The notes under the pieces are model-generated. The model searched no databases and had not been told where the DNA came from. It worked only from the letters and a program-made list of their open reading frames with translations. DNA of 62,897 nucleotides, counting the filler, from Octopus bimaculoides (lineage: Eukaryota), in assembly GCF_001194135.2 (NCBI RefSeq). It is 5 parts of 4 records of this genome, joined end to end, with 100 filler letters (N's around TTAATTAATTAA, not from the genome) between each part and the next. Parts side by side here need not be neighbours in the genome. Positions count along the whole stretch, not along the records: positions 13,617 to 27,956 come from NC_068992.1; 4 more parts are not named here. The stretch is one strand, 5' to 3'. Positions within the stretch are counted from its first letter, which is position 1. The number at the start of each line of letters is the position of its first letter. Positions 13,821 through 26,185 of this stretch are shown in pieces. The position numbers and the translations under genes were made by a program.

Positions 13821-13865
13821 GGCCAGAGTTCTTTCGTCACACTTCTGTGACCTCATCAGTGGTCC
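13821..13865 (-). ncRNA. Minimal type I hammerhead ribozyme motif (putative)
   Basis: Minus strand GGACCA-CUGAUGA-G-GUCACA-GAAG-UGUGAC-GAAA-G-AA-CUC/UGGCC: conserved CUGANGA and GAAA core, 6-bp stem II, 2-bp stem III, stem I (ACC/GGU plus GG/CC around a bulged A), NUH triplet CUC. Confidence 0.65.
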
Positions 13866-15362
13866 TTTGTTTCCTTCTTTCTTATGTGTGTCTCACCTTG
13901 CTAACTATCAGCCATTTTGACAAAATTTATACAGGGATGTAATAAGAAGTGCTCAGACTAGTTGAGACAAAAGTACAAAATTAATTGCAGAATAAAACCA
14001 TTAGGTCATCGACTCAAGAAGCCACAACCCACCAATGACCACATATAGGAAGTACAGCATAAACCACAAAACCAAAGTAGCAAAGGGCAGTAAAAATTTT
14101 ATACATAAGAATAAAATCGATTAAAAAATATAATAGAATAACATAAATAAATAAACTGCGATTAAAAGGTGATTAAAAATATTATAGAGCGGTACAGATA
14201 TAGTGGAATAAAAAAATATATATATATAGAAAAAGTAATATAGAAAAAACAATAAAATAAAATAAATACATAGGGAAACGTAGTAAAATAGTTCATTTGT
14301 TGAGATTAATGACTAATAAAAGAAGTTTAAGTTTAAATTGTACGAAAGTTCATTACTTCCTTCAGGACAGCAAATTTAGCAGGTAAAATCCAATTTCATA
14401 ATTCATACACAGGAATACCAAAGTACACGGGACGACATAATAACACAACATCCAAGGTAAAATCCATATTTCACCATCAACGTTATTTAAGTCCAAGAAA
14501 ATCAAGGCACACAAGTCGATACATTAAACCAACATCCAGCAGGTAACATCAGTAAAATCAATCCAAATTTTAACATCATTTACAAAGGATTACAAATATA
14601 GGTCGGAATACAAACAAAACACCTATGGCCATTTCGGGGGTACATCACTGTATTTAGAGCACAATAGAGCACAAACTAGTGATGACCCCCTCTTCAGAGT
14701 AAAGAACACATACAAACATCAACGAAGGCACCAGTAGAAAGAAATTATATTATGAGGGCAAGCTTATATAGACTTTTTTCACGATGTATGTGAATTTGAC
14801 CTGTGGAAGACTGTTTACTTATGAACTTTGGATGCACTTGTGTAAGGGAAGTATAAGACCTTTTCAAATATTTTTTTTTAAATTTAAAAAAAAATAATAA
14901 TTTTATATTTTAATCATCTGATAAAACTTTTTTAGTCAGTGGACATTTATTTTATTTTATTTTATTCTTATCTTTATTTATTTTATATTGTCTATTAGGT
15001 TTGGTAGTTTATGAATTTTTAGTTGTGCATATTTAACTTTTTGATAGGCCATTCTATTTGTATTTTATTCGATTATACATTTTTACCTTCGGTGATTTTA
15101 TGTATATGTATTATTTTTATGTGTTTGTGAACCATGGTAATTTTTATATATGATTAAATGTTTGAGGGGTGGTGTTGTATATACAGTCGTTGACCCAAAT
15201 TTAATGTTTGCTTTTTAACCAATGCTTCCCTATCTTCGTCTCATTTCTATTTGAGTACTTCTTTTGCAGTCTTATAAACCATTTTGTTTTTAGAAATATT
15301 AATTCTTGTATTTATTTGCTTGTTGAGCACTTCATATAGGCTGCATTAGGAATAAGCATTGT

Positions 15363-15554
15363 TTATGTTTTTCAACGAAAAATATCCCCATACCTTCGAA
15401 GAATGCAGATATGGAAATTTTTGTCCATAAAACCACAGAATTTATTAATAGGCTAAGATGGTGTGCTTTCTTTGATATGAAAAATAACAGAAAGGACAAC
15501 AATAGTATGAATGGAACTGACTCACGTGATGAGAAAAGTGATAATTTGAAATGA
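15363..15554 (+). mobile_element. Penelope-like element ORF N-terminal fragment
   Basis: Translates FSTKNIPIPSKNADMEIFVHKTTEFINRLRWCAFF, matching the S.KNIPIPS...K...FI.R.RW.AFF motif I recognise at the start of invertebrate PLE RT ORFs; frame ends at a stop. Confidence 0.6.
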
Positions 15555-16159
15555 TAATTTACATAATGTATGCAGTTTTAGATGTTAGATTGGCTTATAT
15601 CAGAAAGAAACAGTAAATAAATAAATAAAAGTGTGGTTATAGAATGAGTAAGCAGGATAGAGATAGTGTGTGTGGGGGGGGGGGTCAAGGGGAANNNNNN
15701 NNNNTAGGGAAAGTCTGAAGGCTGTTTTGCGTAACATTATTAAGCGTACGTAAATTTCATCCATCGAATTGGCTATAGAAATGCTTGTGCAAAACAACTT
15801 TTTGCATTGCCTTGATTATACATAGCAGGGTAATTCCTTTTCACAGGAGGTAGGACGGCAATTTCTGATGAAGCAATTGCTGGTGATCTGTTGCTACACA
15901 GTTCTGCCAGAATTGTATCAGATTGGGCAGTAGATGATGATGCACCATTTTGCATTAAGTTCAAAGTAGCTTCTGGAATGTGTTGAATTGATGCAGTCTG
16001 TTGTTGTCTTTAAACAAGTTGCTTTCTTTCCCCAGCAAGTTGTCTTGTTTGGAGGCAAAATCTATGTACATATTAAAGAGAACAACAAAAGTTATAACAG
16101 ATGGCAGGGTCGGTAGTTTTCACATTTCAGTAATTTTTCAGATTAACACCCGCATGATT

Positions 16160-16286
16160 ACATAACCGTAATCCTTAAACCCTAACCCTGACCCTAAAAC
16201 CGTAACCATAACACTAACCCTCATCATAACCCTAACCCTAACCGTAACCCTAAAACCTTAACCCTAACCCAAAAACCGTAACCCTG
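16160..16286. repeat. Degenerate (CCCTAA)n telomere-like array
   Basis: ccctaaccctgaccctaaaaccgtaacc ... cataaccctaaccctaaccgtaaccctaaaaccttaaccctaaccc. Confidence 0.8.
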
Positions 16287-16353
16287 GACATAGGGGTCGA
16301 TATAATCGACTATTCTCCACCTTCCCAAAGCCGCCCTTGTGGGAAAAATTTAA

Positions 16354-16397
<44 letters not shown>
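16287..16397 (+). mobile_element. 3' fragment of SINE family A with (AAT)n tail
   Basis: ggggtcgatataatcgact..cccttgtgggaaaaatttaaaataataat. Confidence 0.6.
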
Positions 16398-18372
16398 NNN
16401 NNNNNNNNNNNNNNNNNNNNNNNNNNNNNNNNNNNNNNNNNNNNNNNNNNNNNNNNNNNNNNNNNNNNNNNNNNNNNNNNNNNNNNNNNNNNNNNNNNNN
16501 NNNNNNNNNNNNNNNNNNNNNNNNNNNNNNNNNNNNNNNNNNNNNNNNNNNNNNNNNNNNNNNNNNNNNNNNNNNNNNNNNNNNNNNNNNNNNNNNNNNN
16601 NNNNNNNNNNNNNNNNNNNNNNNNNNNNNNNNNNNNNNNNNNNNNNNNNNNNNNNNNNNNNNNNNNNNNNNNNNNNNNNNNNNNNNNNNNNNNNNNNNNN
16701 NNNNNNNNNNNNNNNNNNNNNNNNNNNNNNNNNNNNNNNNNNNNNNNNNNNNNNNNNNNNNNNNNNNNNNNNNNNNNNNNNNNNNNNNNNNNNNNNNNNN
16801 NNNNNNNNNNNNNNNNNNNNNNNNNNNNNNNNNNNNNNNNNNNNNNNNNNNNNNNNNNNNNNNNNNNNNNNNNNNNNNNNNNNNNNNNNNNNNNNNNNNN
16901 NNNNNNNNNNNNNNNNNNNNNNNNNNNNNNNNNNNNNNNNNNNNNNNNNNNNNNNNNNNNNNNNNNNNNNNNNNNNNNNNNNNNNNNNNNNNNNNNNNNN
17001 NNNNNNNNNNNNNNNNNNNNNNNNNNNNNNNNNNNNNNNNNNNNNNNNNNNNNNNNNNNNNNNNNNNNNNNNNNNNNNNNNNNNNNNNNNNNNNNNNNNN
17101 NNNNNNNNNNNNNNNNNNNNNNNNNNNNNNNNNNNNNNNNNNNNNNNNNGTTAGAAATAACTTACAATTCCCGCCAATTAGAATGAGGTATGTATGTATA
17201 TATGTATGTAGTATTAAAATGAAACCATTAAAGTGAAACTGTCATTACAGTATCGAAATGTGATTGTTTCAGTTTTGATACTGAAATAGTTTTCTTTTAC
17301 TATCAGTGTTTCTCCTTCCTTTCTTTTTGTATTTGTTGTTGGATTGTTCGTAAAGGTTCATAAGAGAAAGTAGGAGTTGAAAGGATTTGTATTAGAAAGA
17401 GGAAATTAGATTTTATTAGGGAGAAAATGTTTACTTCTGTAGTTTTATGGATTTTATTCGCTATTAGGAATTTTTTGGAGTGAAAAAATGACGCAGTGAC
17501 CTAACAAATTGTATTTAGAATAAATCAATTAAAACAACCTGCGTGCATGCGTGCGTGTATGTGAGTGTGTGTCACTGAAGCCATTCATGCATATATACAT
17601 AAATAAATAAACTGAATGATAAATTTCATTCATCTCTCTCTCTTTTTCTCATTCTCTCTCTCTCTCATATACACATACGCCATCAACATTATTCTCTCTG
17701 TCGCGCACACCCCATCAAACATACACACTCACACACACACAGACATACGCACGCACATCAATTCTCCCCTCTCACCACAACTTCAAAAGAAGTTCAGTCA
17801 TAAAACTCCATGTATCTTCATTCGACACCCACTTCAAAAGATCGCCTTCCCTTTTCACTTGTCCGGCCATTGATCGACAGATAAAACACAAACGAACTCC
17901 TGCTAAAGGCAAAAATCCCGCCAAAAATACACACATAAACAGACATTTCATGTCTTTCAGTTTCTCTATGATTATACACACGTCAAAAACAGTAGCTCAT
18001 TTTAATCTTCAACAGGTATGTATCAATTTCTATAATATAAATTGTTTTTCTATAAGCGTATAACAATTACTTATTCCATACTTCACTTGGCTTTTCTCTT
18101 CACTTTTCTTAAATTGGATACGTCTGCTATTAATTCTTACACACAATTTCCCCATTCATTCTTACAGCTTCAATATTCTGTTAAAGCAATTCTTAATGTC
18201 AACTTCTTAACATAATACACAGAATTCTCGCATTAATACAGTAGGGTGTTTTGAGGGAGATTTTGCTGCTATTTCTACCAGATCTACCTACCATGTAGAG
18301 GTCTGAACTTATTTTTCATTCATAGATTTGTATTTCAAATGTTATTCTGCCATTAACACCAGTTGCTTTCTC

Positions 18373-18417
<45 letters not shown>

Positions 18418-18786
18418 CAGGTTCATTTCATATATCTTTCAATTTCTGCTCTCTGCAAATAAAATTTTTACGGATAAAACTGCTTACAAAAATTGCGATT
18501 AATGTATAATTTCTTTCTATGTTCATAATTAAATAAATCGTTTAATGATTAGACAGACGTCCAATAGAATAGCTCTCACAAACAGACTACGTACAAATTC
18601 TTTCTTCACAACTCCTGAAGCCGTTTTCTGACAGGAGGGGGTGAAATCTTCATACAGCTGGAGGCTCCAATCGGAAAGGGACAAGAAATGATCAGGTTGA
18701 GAAACACTGTTATAGATTATGCCTAACCGAAAACAATCACAGCCACATCATCCAAACAGACAGGGTGAAACAAGATTTAGATGCTA

Positions 18787-18849
<63 letters not shown>

Positions 18850-19204
18850 AATATACACACACATATATATATAATTTAAAAATATGTGTAGTAAATGAAT
18901 ACATATACTAAATACACAGACAAACGAAAAGCACAGATCACCAACTCCTCTTCAATTATTGGCCAGAGGGTCAAGCAAAATCTCGGCCATTATCAATGAT
19001 ATTGCTTCAACTCTGGAGGCACCGGCATGAAACATACCAGGAATGGGACCAAAACATAACAAAAGACAGGTTCAAGACAAGACCATTAGTAGGCAGACAA
19101 GGGACAAGACAATAAACAGAATAAAGGCTTAGGGCCACATGAAGACACCAATGAAAATGATAATACATATACAGCAAAAAATACTTTAAGGCTACAAGAT
19201 ATAC

Positions 19205-19375
19205 GATGGGCTTCTTTCAGTTTCCCTCTGCCAAATTCACTCACAAAGCTTTGGTTGACCCCAGGCTATAGTAGAAGACACTTGCCCAAGTTGCCACGCA
19301 ATGGGACTGAACTCAGAACCATGTTCGTTGACAAGCAAGCTTCTTACTACACAGCCACGCCTGCACCTATTAATC
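19205..19375 (-). mobile_element. 5' half of SINE family B
   Basis: cttctttcagtttcc..ccaaattcactcacaaagctttggttgacc..agaagacacttgcccaag..gggactgaactcagaaccatg. Confidence 0.85.
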
Positions 19376-19756
19376 TTCATTTAATTTAAATACTTTTTCA
19401 TTGGCTGATAGATTCTATATGCGGGTTGAAATGTTTGCTACTGCTGATTAAGTTATGCATCTGGGGTGATTACTATTTTTGTGTATGTACTTAAGGTTTT
19501 CACTGGGTTTATGGTATGGTTTATATATTCCTGTACTTAAGTCTAGTGTTACCTTTAAAAAGTTTATTGTGTTGTGCTCCTCCTCAAATGATAGTGAAAG
19601 CCCTGTTTTGTGATAAATCCACTTTGAGAGATCAGTACTGCATTATGGAACTGTTAGCATCCATTCACATCACATAAACAAACCAGAACAGTCTTCTTTC
19701 TTGCACCCTGCATATATATATGTGTGTGTGTGTGTTTGTATGTGTGTGTTTGTGCA

Positions 19757-19827
<71 letters not shown>

Positions 19828-19832
19828 AAAGA

Positions 19833-22113
19833 CTAGCAAATGCACCTGTCCTCTGGACAGTGTAATTATTATATTGGTGCACTCTTGTGGACAGTTTAAT
19901 TTGAATTAGCCTTCAGTTAGAAGTTGTTTCAAGTTGATAAGCCTAAACTGTATAATTACCATTTTCATTAGCAGTTTATATGATATTAAGAAACTTAGGT
20001 AATGAATTAATTTTTTTGAATACAAATTTGGCAGTTAGTAATAAATGAAAATCCATGAAATGAGATCACAATTGCAGTAGGCATTAGGGATCCTATGTTT
20101 TACTTGAAGCATTTTGTATCGTGTACTTATTTTTCTCATAATACCTGACACAACCGCATTGAAGTTTTTTTCAATGTAAGTCAGGTATGATAAAGAAAAG
20201 CAAACATTTATAGCAAACACCCAAATAGAATAATAGCATGTACAAAAATAAATGTCAGACCAAACTTATGAGTGAACAGCGTGCATGAAGTAAGAAGGGT
20301 CATTGAAAGTAATGTATTCTTAACAGCAATCAGGGTAATGAAGGAAAATATCAATGAAATGCATGAAGGAAGTCTGATAGCTAATGGCTACAGTTTGACA
20401 CAGATGTGAAGAATGCAGTAGAGGAATAACTATTGTAGGGCTGCTTTATAGATGACATTCAGGAGCATAGATGAATAAGTTGTCTGGATGGCCAACTCTG
20501 AAACAACCAACATAGAACTGTTCATGTGATGGTCCAATCCAGCAATATCCAACAACTGAGCTTGTGCTTTGTTAATTATCCTGGTGAACTTGAGTTTCTG
20601 AGGGAACTGAAGTCTCTGCATAGGGTAGTGGCAGTCTGTTGGGGTTAGTGGAATTTTTGAAATAAAAACGGTATCGTTTTTGCCGTATCCCATTGTAATT
20701 TGGGCTTCAATGACATGGTCCGTCATTTGTTTGACAACAAGGCAAGTCCCATTGCATTGTGTGGGTGTGTTTTAGATTGCATAGGAGGATGGTAGGGCAA
20801 CTGACTTTTAAGTGAAGTTCATGGGGAGGGAGCCCTGGAGGATCTTGGGAGTTGAGGAATTCAGTTGGAATGTGTGTAACCTGATTGAGGTTGGTAATGG
20901 TATCAACTGATCTGAAACAATTTTCTTGAGAAAGTAACTGAGTAAGTCGTAATTAAGAGTGTTGATAGCTGCATTTGTAGGTGCAAGAACAGCCCTGTCA
21001 TGAAGCCAATCTGGTTTCATGTATTCTGTTGTAAGATTTGGGTAAACGGCAGAACATAAGTCATCAGGGCTGGAGACAGTGTGGCCAATTGTGGTAGTGT
21101 CAATGTATCTATTGCCGTCAGACATAATTTGTCGATTGCTGATTTTAAGGAGCATTTCCCCAAACTGGGTTGTAGGCTGACCAGTCTGTAGGAGTGATCG
21201 CATGTTAATGGTGAGTTGTTTCGATTGGACATGCAACCAAAGGAGGGATTTTTTAAGGCAGGCATTAAGTTCATTAGCAGGTTTTCCTTTGGGTATAATA
21301 GGTAGAGTTTGTCTAAAATCTCCTGCAAGAGGTAGAGTCACACCTCTGAGAATGTTGTTGTTTGATCTAAGGTCTCTCATTGTGGTATGAAGTGCTTGTA
21401 GGGAACATTCATGGGGCATAGTTGCTTCATCCCATACAATGAGTTTGCACTTTTTCAAAATCGTCACTTCATCCGAGGAATGCATTATGTGGCACATTAG
21501 GTTTTCTTGATGTGCTACATTGAAAGGCAATTGGACAGTAGAGTGTGCTGTTCATCCACCATCAAGAAGAGTCAATGTTATTCCTGAGGAGGCAACAGCA
21601 ATAGCAAGGTCACCATTCACAAGAAGATTCAGGAGGAATGTTTTTCCAGTTCCATCAGGTGCATCTAAGAAGATTATTCCACCAGTGTGTGTAGATGTTT
21701 CTGAGGATGAAATTGTATACATCAGCTTGATTGGAATTGAGAAGGGGCTCATTGTCTGCAATGTACTGTTTGAGTTTGTGGATGTTGTAGGATACTTCTC
21801 TGAGAATGAGGTGATACACACACACAAACACACACCTTCTGGTATAAGGGAAACAATTAATTTCTGACCATTACTTCTCTTATCCACAATAGTCATCGTA
21901 CAAGGTTTTTCTGACCTTCTGACTCTAGATGCCCCACTACTCCATATTACTCCATAAGTGAGAAATCTAAAGAGTGTAGAATCATCTGTGGAAGATAAGT
22001 GATGTATTTGCCAAGCGTGAATAAAATTGGATGAACAATATTGATTTTACGTGAGATCAACCTAATGGTTGGTCACATACACACACACACACATCTGTCA
22101 TATATATTATAGA
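19833..22113 (-). mobile_element. Internally deleted Helitron carrying a degraded Pif1-like helicase
   Basis: 5' end TCTATAATATATA at 22113 preceded by A; 3' CTAG at 19836-19833 followed by T; subterminal hairpin ctgtcc-aga-ggacag; frames give FLDAPDGTGKTFLL, AVASSG..LLDGG, LIVWDEATM, GDFRQTLP, RAVLAPTN. Confidence 0.9.
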
Positions 22114-22114
22114 T

Positions 22115-25100
22115 ATATATAGGCGGCTGTCCTCCATCCCAGGGTTTCGCCAGACCACACCTTCTACACCCTCAGAGTTGGCAAACTTAATGATAGCACA
22201 TTGAAACGTAGGTCTGGTGAGATTGTTGAGATACTTGAATGGAGATATGTAGATTTGCTGCATCAAAGAAGTAAGGTAGAGTTGAAGTTCTGCTAGGTTC
22301 CTCACAGGCAAAGAACATAGGTAAAGAGCTTTTGGGTAGGAAACACTAATAGGGTTGGGGGCGTGGATATACTCCTTGTGGAGAAATGGGTTGATAGGGT
22401 AATTGAGGTAATCAGTGTTTGTGAGAGAATACTTAAACACAGACTAGTGCTGCAACATGAATTAGCAACCATTATCTTGGCCTATACCTCTCAGCCAGGG
22501 CTACTGATGAACAGAAAAACCGATTTTATGACACCCTCTTACAGACTACCTCATCGACAAATGACAGGGACCTTCTCCTTGTGGCTGGCAACTTTAACAT
22601 ACATGTTGGACAACATCCAGTGAGCATGGTGGCTACGGATTTGGTTCTGCAATGAGAAGAGAACAAAGCTGCTGGAATTCTGCGATGCAAATGATCTTAT
22701 GATCTGTAATACTAACTTCAAGAAACTTGCCAGTCACCTGTTCACCTACCAGTCTGGTGGGTACACTAGTCAGATTGACTACAGGAAACAAGAAAGATGG
22801 CTCCTTATAAATGCCAAAACTTTCCCAGGTGAAGAATGCACCCCACAACATAGGTCAGTAATTAGCGACTTCAAGGTCAGAACTAAATGGCTGCCCAGAA
22901 GACGACCAACATGGAAAAGAGGGGTCTGGAAGCTTAAGGACAGAGATTTAGAGATGTATAACTTGAAGCTTCTGACGAAAAAGAGGAAGATGTAACAAAC
23001 ATTACATAATGTGGAGAACAACTGGAGGTTCCTACAGGACAATTTGTTGAAGGCTACTGACCAGATCTGTGGCTAGTGCAAAGTCTCCTCTCGACCTAAA
23101 GTAACGTGGTTGTGGAACAATGTAGCTAATAGGGTCATTAGGGAAGAGAAACAGGCATGGAAGGACTGGAAGTGTGGTAGTAGCAAGGAACTGTATAAGA
23201 TCGTCAGAAGGGAAGCTAGGAGACAGGTTTACATAGCCAGAGGGGAAGCAGATAAGAAAAAAATTGCCAATGTTCTGCATTGTGAAGACCAGAGACTTGA
23301 AGTGTTTTGAAATGCAAGACGGTGTGTGAGAGAAAATCATGATGTCATAGGAAAGAAATGTGTCTGCATGGATGATGGCTCGCTTGCAACTAATGATACT
23401 GCAAAGAGAGAGATTTGGAGACACCACTATGAAAGGTTACTAAATGAAAAGAATGAATGGGAGAAAGAGAGTCTGCCAAATGTTGACCCAACAGAGGGAC
23501 CAGCTATTCCAATTGACAGTACCTTGGTAGACAAAGCAATTAAGGGTATGAAGACAGGGAAATACCCCTGCCCATTAGGAATAACTGCTGAGATGCTTAC
23601 AATATCTGGTGGTGTAGGCTATAGTCTAGTCACCTATATAGTTAAGCAGGTGATACACAAAGGGGTCATACCCAATGACTGGTGTAGCAGCACCATAGTC
23701 AACTGCTACAAAGGTAAAGGTGATGCATTAGATATGAATGATTACAGAGGTATCAAATTGTTGGATCAGGTGATGAAAGTCACAGAGAGGGTCATAGCCC
23801 AACTAATTAGGGAGAAAGTTAGTTTAGATGAGATGCAGTTTGGCTTTGTGCCAGGGAGAAGCACCACTGATGCTATATTTCTGGTAAGACAGCTGCAAGA
23901 GAAATTCCTAGCCAAAGATAAACCTCTGTACTTGGCTTTCATTGACATGAAGAAAACCTTTGACAGGTTCCCCCAATCCCTTATCTGGTGATCAATGTGG
24001 AAACTAGGGATAGATGAGTGATTGGTGAGAGCTGTACAAGCCTTGTACAGGGATGTTGTCTGTAAGGTGAGGGTTGGCAACGAGTATAATGAAGAATTCT
24101 GGGTAGAAGTGGGGTTTCACTAAAGGTCAGTCCTCAGCCCCCTCTTATTCATCATAGTCTTCTAGGCAATAACAGGAATCCAAGACAGGCTGCTCCTGGG
24201 AGCTCCTCTATGCTGATGACCTTGCTCTAATAGTTGAGTCACTACCAGAACTAGAGAAGTTTTAGGTGTGGAAGTAAGGTCTAGAATCGAAGGGCCTTAT
24301 AGTCAACCTAGAAAAAACCAAAGTCTTAGTAAGTAGGAAGGCAGACAAATCACAAAACCTTTCAGGTAGATGGCTCTGCTCAATCTGTAGAAAAGGCATA
24401 GATAGAAACTCTCTAAGATGTACCCACTGTAAGCTATGGACACATAAGAGGTGCAGCAATCCCAAAGGAAGGTTAACTGGGAAGATAGTTTTTGTGTGTG
24501 GCAAATACACAGGTGCAATAAACACCAAAGATATACAGAAAACAGATTTTATCACATGCCAGGGGGAAAAACTAGAAGTAAGTGGATAGCTTCCATTACC
24601 TAGGTGACCAAGTCAGTAACAGGAGTAGATGCTCTGAGAGCATAGCTGCTAGAATAAGAATAACCGGGGCAAAATTCAGAGTTCCTACCTCGCTCAGAGT
24701 GAAAGGTAGATTGTATGATGCTTGTGTGTGAACAGCCATGCTACACAGCAATAAAACATGGGCTTTGACTTCTGAGGACATGCGTAGGCATGAAAGAAAT
24801 GAAGCTAATATACTCCGCTGGATGTGTAATGTCAGTGTGCATACATAACACAGTGTATATGCCCTGAGAGAAAAAAGTTGGACATAAGAAGCATCAAATG
24901 TGGTGTGCAAGGGAGACAACTGTGCTAGTATGATCATGTGTTGCATATGGATGAGGACAGCTGTGTGAAGAAGTATCACACCCTAACAGTCGAGGGAATC
25001 TGTGGAAGAGGTAGACCCAGGAAGACCTGGGATGAGGTGGTGAAGTATGACCTTCAAACATTGGGCCTCACAGAGGCAATGACAAGCAACTAAGACCTTT

Positions 25101-25260
25101 AGAGATATGCTGTGCTTGAGAAGACCCAGCAAACCAAGTGAGATTGTAGCCATTGCCGATGCTAGTGTCACATAACTGTCCCTTTTAAAAGCATCCTTCA
25201 ATCGTTAGGCAATATGCCGTGCTTGTGAAGACCTGTTGAACCAAGTGAAATCATAGTCGT
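22115..25260 (+). mobile_element. RTE-clade LINE, near full length but with stops and frameshifts (APE + RT + 3' UTR)
   Basis: GVDILLVEKWVDRVIEV (APE), YKGKGDAL..DYRGIKLLDQVMKV..QFGFVPGRSTTDAIFLVRQLQEK..LAFIDMKK (RT), LLYADDL at about 24205. Confidence 0.92.
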
Positions 25261-26145
25261 AACTAGCACTCAGTCAAACATGAACACTTACATTATACAT
25301 ACAGAAGATCATACTAGCCTCATTCCTCTCTAGCCTACGTATGTCCTCTGCATTCAGGACCCACATCTCTCTATCATGTAGAACTGCTGTTCATGTACAT
25401 GCACCATATGATTTTTTTTTCACTCAGAGAGAGAAACCTTTGGCTTCCAAAAGAGGTAAAAGCTCTCAGAATTTTCTCCATCCTATTCTTATTCTAGCTC
25501 TTACTTTCTGAACATCTTCCCCACTACTAATTTGGTCACTACTAATTAATAATTTATATCAGTGCATAATAGAAGTCAGAAGACATAAATATTTTTATAA
25601 TATAATAGTGTATAAGAAATTTTACATGGAGAGAAGACTACCATGTGCACTTCTTACATGCTAGAGAGGGCAGTCAAAACCCAAACCACAAAAAAAAAGC
25701 ATTCTTACTTATTGCACGTTGCTTGTAAGCAAGCAGGACACTTGGATGAATAAAAATCTCAATTGACTCTATACCCATAAGTTTCACCATTAATGATCAA
25801 ATAAATCAATTAAGTAGTCAATCAACTGATTAATTAACCATCTGTAGCTTGTTAGTAGAGTCACTGGAAAATATATAATTATGAAACTATAATACATACA
25901 GAAAACATAAAGTAACCACATGGGCATTTAGTTCCACCTTTACAGATCAAGAATTTAAATCGAATGCCCTCAACCAGCAGAGTCAGAGTAGTATAGCATG
26001 TGAATAAATTCAACTGTGTATTATCCGGTCGAAGAATCTAAATATTTAAATTCTTATACACTATTATATTATAAAAATATTTGTCTTTTGACTTTTATTA
26101 CGCATGCTAACCACTGGTATAAATTATTAATTTAATTTTTACCCA

Positions 26146-26182
<37 letters not shown>

Positions 26183-26185
<3 letters not shown>

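Noticed and set aside
15705-16060. Minus-strand ~75-codon open stretch (…MQNGASSSTAQSDTILAELCSN…)
   Set aside because: No recognisable homology or splice support; probably TE debris
22115-22170. Possible HDV-like ribozyme at the RTE 5' end
   Set aside because: I could not build the nested double pseudoknot; the segment looks like the lead-in to the APE coding region
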